Source of the DNA: Alphaproteobacteria bacterium
GTDB lineage: Bacteria > Pseudomonadota > Alphaproteobacteria > MPNO01 > UBA830
Direction of reading: 5' to 3'
DNA: 64,000 nucleotides
Assembly: GCA_022822405.1 (NCBI GenBank)
Contig: JAJEBT010000113.1
Span: 12,500-76,499, forward strand
Both the position numbers and the translations under genes were made by a program. Under the pieces are notes generated by a model. That model worked only from the letters and a program-made list of their open reading frames with translations. It did not search any database and was not told the DNA's origin. Shown here piece after piece: positions 9,560-23,794 of this stretch. Positions within the stretch are counted from its first letter, which is position 1; every line of letters begins with the position of its first letter.

Positions 9560-10183
9560 CTATGCGACGCTGAAATCGAGCGCCTTCCGGACGCCCTCGC
9601 GGGCGCTCATCTCGTCGAACCAGCGATCAATATCGGGACAGCCTTCCGCATATTGCGGCACCACCGCCCGGCATCGGAGCATGATCGGATAGAGCGCAAA
9701 ATCCGCAATGGTGACCTCGTCTCCCGCGCAGTAGTGCCGCTCCGCGAACTGCCGGTTCCAGACCCTGAGATACTGGTTGAGGCGCCGCCCGAACATGTCC
9801 ATCGTCGGCACGTGCGGCTCTGCCTCGCGCCCGATCGTGAGCACCGCCATCAACGTGCCGTTGAGATCGGTGCCAATCCCCCAGAAATCGCGCCAGAACA
9901 GGGGATCCATCTCGAGTTCCTTGGGCAGGAACCTGCCGGACAGGTAGGAGAGGCCGATCAGCATGTTCATGGATTGCGTCATCACCAGTTCCCCGTCGTC
10001 CGGGCCTTCGGAGCTGATGAGGACGGGCACAAGCCCGAGCGGGTTGAGGGCGAGGAACTCGGGTTTTCTGTGCTCTCCGGCCTGCAGGTCAACGACATGC
10101 AGGGCGTATTCGAGTCCGCACTCCTCAAGCATGATTCTGGGCCGCAGGCCGTTCGATGTCGGAGCGGTGTGGAGCTGAAGCAT
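9560..10183 (-). CDS. Glutathione S-transferase family protein
   Basis: TSNGLRPRIMLEECGL, FLALNPLGLVPVL, TIADFALYP; likely start MLQLHT (10183). Confidence 0.88.
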   Translation of the reverse strand: MLQLHTAPTSNGLRPRIMLEECGLEYALHVVDLQAGEHRKPEFLALNPLGLVPVLISSEGPDDGELVMTQSMNMLIGLSYLSGRFLPKELEMDPLFWRDFWGIGTDLNGTLMAVLTIGREAEPHVPTMDMFGRRLNQYLRVWNRQFAERHYCAGDEVTIADFALYPIMLRCRAVVPQYAEGCPDIDRWFDEMSAREGVRKALDFSVA

Positions 10184-10261
10184 GTTCTTTCTCCCGGATG
10201 TCGGTTCAATGATGGGGTCGGCCTCGGGGGTCCGGGCGGCGGCAGACATCTGCCGGACCGG

Positions 10262-10741
10262 TCAGGTGCCCGCGGTTCCTGACGGCGGCCGGCCGTCGCC
10301 GGCGAGTTGCGCGAGCACGGCCATCGCCCGCCTGCGGTCGTCCGGATCGAAGTCTTCGAGAATTCGCGCTTGGGCGCGCTCCATGGCCTCGAAAGCCGAG
10401 AAGAGAATGGCTTCGCCCTCGGGCGTGATCTCCACGGCGTTGGCCCTCTGGTCCTTCTTGGTCCGCGCCCTCGCGATCTGCCCGCGATCGACGAGGCGCC
10501 TGAGAATCTCGGCGAGCGTGCTGCGGTCGATACCGGTTGCGTGAACGAGGTCGGTCTGGCTCACACCCCGGTTCTGGAACACGCTCAGCAGGATCGCGAA
10601 CTGGCGCGGCGTCGGCCCGTCCTCGCCAACCTCCTCGACGAACAGGTCGATCGCGCGCTGCTGGCATCGGCGAAGCAGATGCCCCGGCGCATTGCTCAGG
10701 GAATAGCGGCGGACCCGCTCTGTCAGCTCGTCGGACTTCAT
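10262..10741 (-). CDS. MarR family transcriptional regulator
   Basis: PGHLLRRCQQ..TPRQFAIL..SQTDLV..GIDRSTLAEILRRLVDRG..DQRANAVEIT. Confidence 0.9.
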   Translation of the reverse strand: MKSDELTERVRRYSLSNAPGHLLRRCQQRAIDLFVEEVGEDGPTPRQFAILLSVFQNRGVSQTDLVHATGIDRSTLAEILRRLVDRGQIARARTKKDQRANAVEITPEGEAILFSAFEAMERAQARILEDFDPDDRRRAMAVLAQLAGDGRPPSGTAGT

Positions 10742-10780
10742 GGCTACGGCCTGCCAGCTTGCGAAAGGGACGTAAAAAAA

Positions 10781-10798
10781 TATTCTGTACACGGAATA
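10781..10798. promoter_or_regulatory. Candidate MarR operator between divergent marR and LLM genes
   Basis: Near-perfect palindrome TATTCTGT-AC-ACGGAATA in an AT-rich divergent intergenic region. Confidence 0.6.
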
Positions 10799-10865
10799 AT
10801 TTGTGCCGTAAAGTGCCTCCGTGGCGATGCCGCGACCGGCAGGCCGGACAAGGATGGGGGAAATC

Positions 10866-11930
10866 ATGGAATTCGGGATGCAGTTCTTCCCCGATGTGGG
10901 ACCGGACCAGAAGTCTGGACAGCAGTATTTCGACGAATGCCTGCGGCTGGCGGAATACGCCGACACCTACGGCTACACGCACATGCGCACGGTGGAGCAC
11001 TACTTCCATCCCTATGGCGGATACAGCCCCAACCCGATCGTGTTCCTGAGCGCGCTCTCGCAGCGGACCGCGAAGTCACGCATCGTTACCGGCGCCATCC
11101 TCCCGGTGTTCAACAACCCGCTCAAGCTGGCCGGCGAGGTCGGCATGCTGGACGCGATCTCCGGCGGCCGTGCCGAGATCGGTTTCGCGCGCGCGTTCCT
11201 GCCGCATGAATATGAACGCTTCGGCGTGGATCTCGACGAGAGCGTGGCGCGATTCGACGAAGGCATGGAGCAGGTAGGATTGCTGCTTACCGGCGAGAAC
11301 GTCTCGCACGAGGGGCGATTCCACAGTTTCAAAAACGTGACCTCGCTGCCGCGCCCGACGACCACACCGCGCCCGCCATTCTGGACGGCAGCGTTCACGA
11401 CGCCCGAATCGTTCGAAAAGGCCGGACGGGTGGGCAACCGCATCATGGCTATTCCCATCGGCGGCGCGCAGATGGCCGAACTGATCGGAATCTACCGCGA
11501 AGCGTGGAAGTCCGCCGGACACCCCGGACAGGGCCGCGTCATGCTGGCATTCCACATGTACTGCGCGGAGACGGAGGAGGAGGCCGTGCGGGTCGCGCGC
11601 GATCCGCTCAACCGCTACCTGAAATCGCTCGTCGACGCGGCCAGCGCCTGGGTCGACGGCACGCAGTCGGACGCCTACAAGGGCTATGACAGGATGATCA
11701 GCGCTCTCAGCCGCGAGACCTTCGAGAGCCAGGTGGAGAAGAACGCGGCGTGGGTCGGAACGCCCGAGCAGCTGATCGAGTCCATCCGCGAATACGACGA
11801 CAGCGTGGGCGGGTTCGACGATGCCTCGCTGCAGGTGAACTTCAACGACATGGCCTTCGAGGATGCCGAACGCTCCGTCAAGCTCTTCGGCGAAAAGGTC
11901 ATGCCGGCATTCGCTGAAGCGGCAGGCTAG
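10866..11930 (+). CDS. LLM class flavin-dependent oxidoreductase (luciferase-like)
   Basis: MEFGMQFF, VEHYFHPYGGYSPNP, LDAISGGRAEIGFAR. Confidence 0.9.
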   Translation: MEFGMQFFPDVGPDQKSGQQYFDECLRLAEYADTYGYTHMRTVEHYFHPYGGYSPNPIVFLSALSQRTAKSRIVTGAILPVFNNPLKLAGEVGMLDAISGGRAEIGFARAFLPHEYERFGVDLDESVARFDEGMEQVGLLLTGENVSHEGRFHSFKNVTSLPRPTTTPRPPFWTAAFTTPESFEKAGRVGNRIMAIPIGGAQMAELIGIYREAWKSAGHPGQGRVMLAFHMYCAETEEEAVRVARDPLNRYLKSLVDAASAWVDGTQSDAYKGYDRMISALSRETFESQVEKNAAWVGTPEQLIESIREYDDSVGGFDDASLQVNFNDMAFEDAERSVKLFGEKVMPAFAEAAG

Positions 11931-12005
11931 GCCTGTCGGCGGCGGGCGCGTTGTCGCCGGTCAGTACATGGTCCGCCCGCCCGCCACCAACGGCGCCGTG
12001 CTGAC

Positions 12006-12977
12006 GTGACGGTCCTTGTTACCGGAGTCGCCGGCTTCATCGGCTGCGATACGGCGCTTCGTCTGCTTGACCGCGGCGAACGCGTGGTCGGCATCGACAA
12101 TGTCAGCGGATATTACAGCACCCGCCTGAAACAGGCCCGGCTCGACCGCCTCGAGGGTCGTGACGGGTTCACCTTTCACAGGATTGATCTCGCCGACCGC
12201 GGTGCGCTCGCGGCCGCGCTCGACGACACTGCGGATGTCCGGCGCGTGGTCCATCTCGCGGCGCAGCCCGGCGTGCGCCACTCCATCGACCACCCCTTCG
12301 ACTACGTCGACGCCAATCTGGCCGGCCATGTCGAGATTCTCGAATACTGCCGCCGCCGGGAAGGGCTCGAACATCTCGTCTATGCCTCGTCGAGCTCGGT
12401 CTATGGAGACACCTCCCGGCGGCCCTTCTCGGTCGCGGACAGGACAGGACGGCCCCTGTCCCTCTACGGAGCGACCAAGCTCGCCTGCGAACAGATGAGC
12501 CACTGCTACAGCCACCTCTACGGCCTGCACCAGACCGGGCTCCGCTTCTTCACCGTCTATGGCCCGTGGGGCCGGCCCGACATGGCGGTCTACACGTTCA
12601 CCGATGCGATCGCGGCCGGACGGCCGATCAGGGTCTTCAACCGCGGCGATATGCGGCGCGATTTCACCTTCATCGACGACATCGTCACGGGTGTGCTGGC
12701 GGCGCTGGACAATCCGCCCCCGGCCGAGGCGCCGCACCGGCTGTACAATATCGGCAACAGCCAGCCGGAGCCGCTCGACCGCCTGATCGGACTCATCGAG
12801 ACGGCGCTCGGGAAAAGGGCCGAGATGATCATGGAGCCGATGCAGCCCGGCGAGGTCGGCGAGACCCATGCAGACATCGGGGAGACCAGGCGGGACCTCG
12901 GTTTCGAGCCCGTCACGACGCTCGAATCCGGCATCCCCAGATTCGTGGAATGGTACCGCTCCTACCACGGAGCCTGA
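12006..12977 (+). CDS. NAD-dependent epimerase (UDP-glucuronate 4-epimerase-like)
   Basis: VTGVAGFIG, HLAAQPGVR, YASSSSVYG, YGATK, RFFTVYGPWGRPDMA. Confidence 0.9.
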   Translation: MTVLVTGVAGFIGCDTALRLLDRGERVVGIDNVSGYYSTRLKQARLDRLEGRDGFTFHRIDLADRGALAAALDDTADVRRVVHLAAQPGVRHSIDHPFDYVDANLAGHVEILEYCRRREGLEHLVYASSSSVYGDTSRRPFSVADRTGRPLSLYGATKLACEQMSHCYSHLYGLHQTGLRFFTVYGPWGRPDMAVYTFTDAIAAGRPIRVFNRGDMRRDFTFIDDIVTGVLAALDNPPPAEAPHRLYNIGNSQPEPLDRLIGLIETALGKRAEMIMEPMQPGEVGETHADIGETRRDLGFEPVTTLESGIPRFVEWYRSYHGA

Positions 12978-13166
12978 CACCGGTCCCGGGCGGATGGCCG
13001 TCTGCCGGATCGCTCCCGGAGCGGGAGAATCCGGTCTCCGGCCCGCGGCAAAGATGACAGTGAAAGCGCCAGGTGTTACCCTGCGCGCCCGGCGAGTCGC
13101 GGTGCCCGCACGTGCCGGACACCAGCGGACCCCGGCAGATTTCCAGCCCCGCAAGGAGGACGGACC

Positions 13167-14225
13167 ATGGACAGAGCCCTGCACGAAAAGCCAGAGATGA
13201 CCAACAGCCGCGCCGATTTCTACGCGCGGATGGCGACCCGGAACATGACCCCGCTGTGGGAGGTCCTGCATACCCTGCTGGCGGAAGAGCCGGTGACGGA
13301 GGCAACGCCGCACAAGTGGGATTACGAGGAGTGCCGGCCATACATCATGGAATCGGCGGACATCATTTCCGCCGAGGAAGCCGAGCGCCGCGTCATGGTC
13401 CTCGAAAACCCGACGCTCGAGGGCCGCTCCTGCATCACCGAGGCACTCTATGCGGGGTTGCAGCTCATCATGCCGGGCGAAATCGCGCCCGCGCACCGCC
13501 ATTCCCCAGCGGCGCTGAGATTCATCGTCGAGGGCACCGGCGCCTACACCGCGATCGATGGCGAGAAGGCGTACATGGAGGTCGGCGACCTCATCCTCAC
13601 CCCGTCCTGGCAATGGCACGATCACGGGCATACGGGCGACGTGCCGGTGGTCTGGCTCGACGGGCTCGACATTCCGCTGGTCCGCTATCTCGGGCCGGTA
13701 TTCGCGCAGCCCTACCCGGAACCGGAGTTTCCCCAGGGACGGCCATCCGGCGACAACATGTTCCGCTACGGCGCCAACATGCTGCCGGTCGGAGCGAAGT
13801 TCGACACCCAGAACTCGCCCGTTTTCCACTATCCCTATGTCAAGACCCGCGAGGCCCTCGAAAACCTGTCCCGTTCCGGAGACCCCGATCCGCGCCACGG
13901 CTTCAAGCTGGAATACATCAATCCCGTTACCGGCGGCCCGGTCATGCCGACGATTGGCACCCACATGCAGAAGCTGCCCGCGGGCTTCCAGGGCGAGGTC
14001 TACCAGACCACGGCGGCATGGGTGTATTCGGTCGCCGAGGGATCGGGACGCACCCGCATCGGAGACCGCGTGTTCGACTGGAAGGCCAAGGACACGTTCG
14101 TGGTGCCGGCATGGTATCCGCACAGCCACGAGGCCGACGGCGACGCCTTCCTGTTCAGCTTCACCGACCAGCCGGTCCAGCAGAAGCTCGGGCTGTTCCG
14201 CGAACAGGCCAACGGCAGCGCCTGA
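13167..14225 (+). CDS. gtdA: Gentisate 1,2-dioxygenase (bicupin)
   Basis: EEAERRVMVLENP, LYAGLQLIMPGEIAPAHRH, WHDHGH, WLDGLDIP, FSFTDQPVQQKLG. Confidence 0.88.
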   Translation: MDRALHEKPEMTNSRADFYARMATRNMTPLWEVLHTLLAEEPVTEATPHKWDYEECRPYIMESADIISAEEAERRVMVLENPTLEGRSCITEALYAGLQLIMPGEIAPAHRHSPAALRFIVEGTGAYTAIDGEKAYMEVGDLILTPSWQWHDHGHTGDVPVVWLDGLDIPLVRYLGPVFAQPYPEPEFPQGRPSGDNMFRYGANMLPVGAKFDTQNSPVFHYPYVKTREALENLSRSGDPDPRHGFKLEYINPVTGGPVMPTIGTHMQKLPAGFQGEVYQTTAAWVYSVAEGSGRTRIGDRVFDWKAKDTFVVPAWYPHSHEADGDAFLFSFTDQPVQQKLGLFREQANGSA

Positions 14226-14275
14226 ACCGCAACACGGCGCCTGCGGCGCGATCGCGCCGCGGGCGGCCGCGCCCG

Positions 14276-18808
<4,533 letters not shown>

Positions 18809-18818
18809 CTCTCGCCCC

Positions 18819-20264
18819 TCAAGCCGCCTCGGCCGTCGCCGCAGCGGCCGCCTTCGCCTCTAGATAGGTGTGGATCGACGCGGCCGCCTCGCGTCCGTCG
18901 CGGATCGCCCAGACCACCAGCGACGCACCGCGCACGATATCGCCGGCAGCAAACACCCCGTCGAGGCTGGTCGCCATCGTCCTGTAGTCGACGGCAACCG
19001 TGCCCCAGCCGGTGACCCCCAGTTCGGGCGTGTCGAACAGCAGCGGCAGCTCCTCGGGATCGAAGCCGAGAGCCTTGATGACAAGATCGGCGTCCTCGCC
19101 GAAGCTCGAACCCGGAATCGGCTCCGGCGTCTGGCGGCCCGAGGAGTCGGGCACGCCCAGATGGATCCGCTGCGCGCGCACAGCGCGCACCCGGTCGTCT
19201 CCCAGAAACGCCTCGGGGGCCGCCAGCCAGGCGAATTCGACACCCTCCTCCTCGGCATACTGAACTTCGCGGCGCGAGCCCGGCATGTTTGCGCGGTCGC
19301 GGCGATAGAGGCACTTCACCGACAGCGCTCCCTGACGCACCGCTGTGCGCACGCAGTCCATCGCCGTATCGCCGCCGCCGATGACGACGATCTTCCTGCC
19401 CTCGGCATTGAGCGTGCCGTCATCGAAGGCCGGCACGCTGTCTCCGAGGCCCTTCCGGTTGGACGCGATGAGAAAATCCAGCGCCGGCACGATATTGGCG
19501 AGGCCCGAACCCGGCGCCTTGATGTCGCGGGCCTTGTAGACACCGGTTGCGATCAGGATCGCATCGTGGCGCTCGCGCAACTCGGCGAACGACATGTCCC
19601 GCCCGACCTCGAACCCGGGATGGAAGATGACGCCGCCCTGCTTCAAGAGGTCGACGCGCCGCCCGACGACATGCTTTTCCAGCTTGAAATTCGGTATCCC
19701 GTAAACCAGCAGGCCGCCGATCCGATCGTGGCGGTCATAAACATGCACCTGGTAGCCGTGGCGGCGCAGCTCCTCCGCCGCGGCAAGGCCGGCCGGTCCG
19801 CCGCCGATGACGCCGACGCTTTCCCCGCGTTCGCTGAGCGGCGACACCGGCCGCACCCAGCCGCGCTCGAAAGCCGTATCCGTAATGTACTTCTCGACCG
19901 AACCGATGGTGACGGTGCCGTGCCCGGCCTGCTCGATGACGCAGTTGCCCTCGCACAACCGGTCCTGGGGACAGATCCGGCCGCAAATCTCTGGCATGTT
20001 GTTGGTGGCCGAGGAAACCTCGTAGGCTTCCTCGAGCCGCCCCTCGGCGGTCAGCATGAGCCAGTCCGGAATGTTGTTGTGCACCGGACAGTGAACCTGG
20101 CAGAACGGCACACCGCATTGCGAGCAGCGGCCCGCCTGTTCGGCCGCCGCATCCGGATCGAACTGCCGGTAGATCTCGTCGAAGTCCGCACGACGCATGT
20201 CCGCCGGACGCTTCTCCGGCGTCCGGCGATCGCGGTCAACGAACTTCAGCATCTGCTCAGGCAT
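18819..20264 (-). CDS. gltD: Glutamate synthase small subunit
   Basis: CSQCGVPFCQVHCP, CGRICPQDRLCEGNC, GGGPAG, GGGDTAMDC. Confidence 0.96.
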   Translation of the reverse strand: MPEQMLKFVDRDRRTPEKRPADMRRADFDEIYRQFDPDAAAEQAGRCSQCGVPFCQVHCPVHNNIPDWLMLTAEGRLEEAYEVSSATNNMPEICGRICPQDRLCEGNCVIEQAGHGTVTIGSVEKYITDTAFERGWVRPVSPLSERGESVGVIGGGPAGLAAAEELRRHGYQVHVYDRHDRIGGLLVYGIPNFKLEKHVVGRRVDLLKQGGVIFHPGFEVGRDMSFAELRERHDAILIATGVYKARDIKAPGSGLANIVPALDFLIASNRKGLGDSVPAFDDGTLNAEGRKIVVIGGGDTAMDCVRTAVRQGALSVKCLYRRDRANMPGSRREVQYAEEEGVEFAWLAAPEAFLGDDRVRAVRAQRIHLGVPDSSGRQTPEPIPGSSFGEDADLVIKALGFDPEELPLLFDTPELGVTGWGTVAVDYRTMATSLDGVFAAGDIVRGASLVVWAIRDGREAAASIHTYLEAKAAAAATAEAA

Positions 20265-20709
20265 CGATTCCCCCGCCGGTACCCCGGAAACGTCACGCGC
20301 GTCGGCGTGACGCCCGCGTCAATCGCGCATCTAGCCACATGCGCGAGACGTATTTCAGCAAAAAACCCGGAAAATGTCAACATCAGTATCCTTCTTTGCA
20401 CAGGAACGGATGATTTTTCCACAAGCGAACTAGCAGGCTGATTTAATGCTCGATTTTTTGTCACAAAATGGTACTAAATCCAGAAAAGCCGAAACGCTGA
20501 TGATTTCCGATGGCCGCGACCGCCGCACCGGACGTCTCGCGGCGCCGGCAGGCGGAGATTCCGCAGATCCGGCGCCGCGCCCGGCTGTCCGTTCAGGCCC
20601 CGCCGGCAACCGGTTCCGCCCTGCCCGCACCGCCGACCGATTGCACGGGACACGGCCGAGTGAATATACTCGGCAACGCTCCGGCGGCGGCCCGGCAACT
20701 GTCTTGCGG

Positions 20710-21897
20710 ATGACGATGCAGCATTACGACGTAGCGATAGCGGGTGGCGGGATCATGGGCTGTGCGACAGCCTATTTCCTTGCCGCATCGCCCGACTTCA
20801 GCGGTTCGGTTGTCGTCGTCGAGCGCGACCCGACCTACCAGAGCTGTTCGGCAACCCGTTCCCTGGGCGGCATACGCCAGCAGTTCACCACGCCCGAGAA
20901 CATACGCATGTCGATGTTCGGCGCAGAGTTCGCCCGCGCCGCCGACGAACTGCTGGGCGTCGACGGCGAGCGATGCGATGTGACCTTTCGCGAACAAGGC
21001 TATCTGATGATGGCCAGCGCGCACGGCGCAGGGACATTGCGGCAGAACCTCGATCTGCAGCGCCGTTTCGGCGCCGCGGTCGAGTTCTTCGAGGACGATG
21101 CGCTGGCCGAACGCTTCCCGTGGCTCAACCCGGAGGGCGTCGGCGGCGCAGTCTTCGGCCATGCCAACGAGGGCTGGCTCGATCCCAACACGCTGCTCAC
21201 CGGGTTTCGGCGCAAGGCGCGATCCCTCGGCGTCACCTTCCTCAAGGACGAGATCACGCAACTGGACCGCACGGCCAATACCGTTACCGGCTTCCGGATG
21301 GCGGAACACGGGACGATTGCGGCGGGCGTGACCGTACTTGCCGCAGGGGCCAGCGCCGGGGCCATGGCGCAAACCGCCGATGTGTTCCTGCCGGTCTGGC
21401 CCAAGAAGCGCTACGTCTACGTGTTCGACTGCCGCGACGACCTGCAGCATGCGCCGCTGACGATCGATCCGGGCGGCGTAGCCTTCCGGCCCGAGAGCGG
21501 CCAGTATCTCGGCACCGTCTCACCGCCGGAAGACGAGGATCCCGACAGCGATCCGCTCGACTTCGAGGTCGACCATGCGCCGTGGGAGGACGTCATCTGG
21601 CCCGCCCTGGCGCACCGCGTGCCGGCATTCGAGAGCGTGAAGGTAACGGGGTTCTGGGCCGGTCATTACGACTTCAACGTCTTCGACCGCAACGCCATCC
21701 TCGGCCCCCATCCGGAAATCACCGGGCTGCTGTTCTGCAACGGTTTCAGCGGCCACGGCGTTCAGCAGGCGGCCGCCGCCGGCCGTGCGATCTCCGAACT
21801 GATCTCGTTCGGCGAATATCGCGCAATCGATCTGACGCGTTTCGGTTTCGAACGGATCGCAGCCAACACCCCGGTTCTGGAAACCAACGTCTTCTAG
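20710..21897 (+). CDS. FAD-dependent oxidoreductase (DAO/FOXRED1-like)
   Basis: IAGGGIMG, RSLGGIRQQF, WAGHYD, NGFSGHGVQQ. Confidence 0.88.
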   Translation: MTMQHYDVAIAGGGIMGCATAYFLAASPDFSGSVVVVERDPTYQSCSATRSLGGIRQQFTTPENIRMSMFGAEFARAADELLGVDGERCDVTFREQGYLMMASAHGAGTLRQNLDLQRRFGAAVEFFEDDALAERFPWLNPEGVGGAVFGHANEGWLDPNTLLTGFRRKARSLGVTFLKDEITQLDRTANTVTGFRMAEHGTIAAGVTVLAAGASAGAMAQTADVFLPVWPKKRYVYVFDCRDDLQHAPLTIDPGGVAFRPESGQYLGTVSPPEDEDPDSDPLDFEVDHAPWEDVIWPALAHRVPAFESVKVTGFWAGHYDFNVFDRNAILGPHPEITGLLFCNGFSGHGVQQAAAAGRAISELISFGEYRAIDLTRFGFERIAANTPVLETNVF

Positions 21898-21967
21898 CCC
21901 GCGCGGTGGCAGGCGACCCGTCATGCGGCTATAGTCCGCAGCCCCCCGCCGATGCCGGACGATTCAC

Positions 21968-22756
21968 TTGACACTGCTCCAGCTTGCCATTCTCGCCGCG
22001 ATCCAAGGCGTAACCGAATTCCTGCCGGTCAGCTCCTCCGGCCATCTCGTCCTGGTTCCGACCCTGGCCGGCTGGCCCGACCAGGGCCTGCTGATCGACG
22101 TCGCCGTCCATGTCGGAACGCTGCTGGCGGTGGTCGTGTATCTGTGGCCGCATCTCCGGCGCATGCTGCAGGTGTCCCCGGCCAGCGGATCCGGCAGCGA
22201 CCGGCGGCTTCTCGGCCAGACCGCGCTTGCCACCGTTCCCGTCCTGGTTGCCGGCGGGCTGGTGTTCCTTTACGCAGGTTCGCTTCTTCGCAGCGCCGAG
22301 GTGGTGGGCTGGACGACGCTCATATTCGGGATACTGCTCTATCTTGCCGACCGTTTCGCCGGCACGAGCCGCCAACTCTCCGACATGACCTGGGGCAGGG
22401 CGTTGCTGATTGGCCTCGCTCAGGTCCTCGCCCTCGTACCCGGTTCCAGCCGCGCCGGCGTGACGATCACGGCAGGACGCCTTCTCGGCTTCGACCGCGC
22501 TGACGCTGCCCGGTTCTCCATGCTGCTCGCCATTCCCGCGATAATCGCGGCCGGCGGCGCAGCCGGCTGGAAGTTGTGGAACCTGGGCACGCTTCAACTC
22601 GTCGAGGAAGCTCTCGTCGCCGCAGTCATCGCCTTCTGTACCGCGATCGTTGCGATCCGGCTCATGATGAACTGGATCCGCCGCTCAAGCTTCACGCCGT
22701 TCGTCATCTACCGGCTGGCGCTCGGAGGTGCCGTTCTCGCCTGGGTCTATCTCTGA
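21968..22756 (+). CDS. uppP: Undecaprenyl-diphosphate phosphatase
   Basis: QGVTEFLPVSSSGH and PGSSRAG motifs. Confidence 0.93.
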   Translation: MTLLQLAILAAIQGVTEFLPVSSSGHLVLVPTLAGWPDQGLLIDVAVHVGTLLAVVVYLWPHLRRMLQVSPASGSGSDRRLLGQTALATVPVLVAGGLVFLYAGSLLRSAEVVGWTTLIFGILLYLADRFAGTSRQLSDMTWGRALLIGLAQVLALVPGSSRAGVTITAGRLLGFDRADAARFSMLLAIPAIIAAGGAAGWKLWNLGTLQLVEEALVAAVIAFCTAIVAIRLMMNWIRRSSFTPFVIYRLALGGAVLAWVYL

Positions 22757-22769
22757 TTGGTGCTCGCGA

Positions 22770-23699
22770 TCAGCGGTGCCAGACGCCGCGCCGGTAGCGC
22801 CTGAGATACGTCTGCAGGATCGCGCCAACCGCGGTCGGGTCGATTCCGAGATCGTCGAGCCCCGGATGCTCGCCGGTAACGACACTGTCGCAACGCAACA
22901 GCCGCACCTGGTCGCGGGTAAGCGGAGGAAAGGGGAGCTGTTCGAGCACCAGCCCGACGCAGGCCGCCAGCGGGAAGGGAAGCGGAACCAGGAGCCGCCG
23001 CCGGTCGATTTCCGCCAGCATCATTTCCATCAATTCCCGGAATTCGAGAATCTGGGGCCCGCCGAGCTCCCATGTCTGCCCCTCGCGCACGCGGTCTCCG
23101 GCGATCGCCGCAATCGCGCGCGCGACATCGGCGACATAGACCGGCTGGAACCTGGTGCGGCCGCCGCCAATCAGCGGCAACGCCGGAGCCAGCCGCGCCA
23201 TCACCGCAAACTTGTTGAAGAAATCGTCCTCGGGGCCAAAGACGATGCTGGGACGCACGACGGATGCCGCGGGGAAGGCCTCGCGGACAAGCGTCTCGGC
23301 GCGTCCCTTCGTCGCGGCATAGACGGCGGCGGCAGCCGGATCGGCGCCGATCGCCGAGACGTGCACCAGCGTCGCGGCGCCAGCGTCGCGGCTCGCCGCG
23401 GCAACCCGCCGCGCGCCCTCGACATGGACGGCGGCGAAGCTCTGCCTGCCACGCTCGGCGAGCAGGCCGACCAGATTGACGACGGTGTCGGCATCCTGCA
23501 CCGCGGCCGCAACCGAGGCGTCATCGCGGATGTTGGCCTGCACGGGGGTGACCTGACCGACATCGCCCAGCGGCCTCAGGAAGCCGGCGCGTTCCGGCCG
23601 GCGCACGGCGGCACGGACCCGTGCGCCTGTCCGGGCAAACTCGGCAACGACGTAGCGGCCGATAAAGCCCGAGGCACCGAATACGGTCACGATGCTCAT
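22770..23699 (-). CDS. Complex I NDUFA9-family NAD(P)-binding protein
   Basis: VFGASGFIGRYVV, LRPLGDVGQV, YAATK, FQPVYVADVA. Confidence 0.9.
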   Translation of the reverse strand: MSIVTVFGASGFIGRYVVAEFARTGARVRAAVRRPERAGFLRPLGDVGQVTPVQANIRDDASVAAAVQDADTVVNLVGLLAERGRQSFAAVHVEGARRVAAASRDAGAATLVHVSAIGADPAAAAVYAATKGRAETLVREAFPAASVVRPSIVFGPEDDFFNKFAVMARLAPALPLIGGGRTRFQPVYVADVARAIAAIAGDRVREGQTWELGGPQILEFRELMEMMLAEIDRRRLLVPLPFPLAACVGLVLEQLPFPPLTRDQVRLLRCDSVVTGEHPGLDDLGIDPTAVGAILQTYLRRYRRGVWHR

Positions 23700-23794
23700 C
23701 GGTCAACAATCTCCCAAGTTTCCGCCCGCGCTAATAGTCGGTCGGGTATTCGGCGTCAACTTGCACAGGCCGCGCCCGCGGCGGCTCGAAGCGC

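Noticed and set aside
11961-14129. 722-aa minus-strand ORF
   Set aside because: Shadow of the epimerase and gtdA genes.
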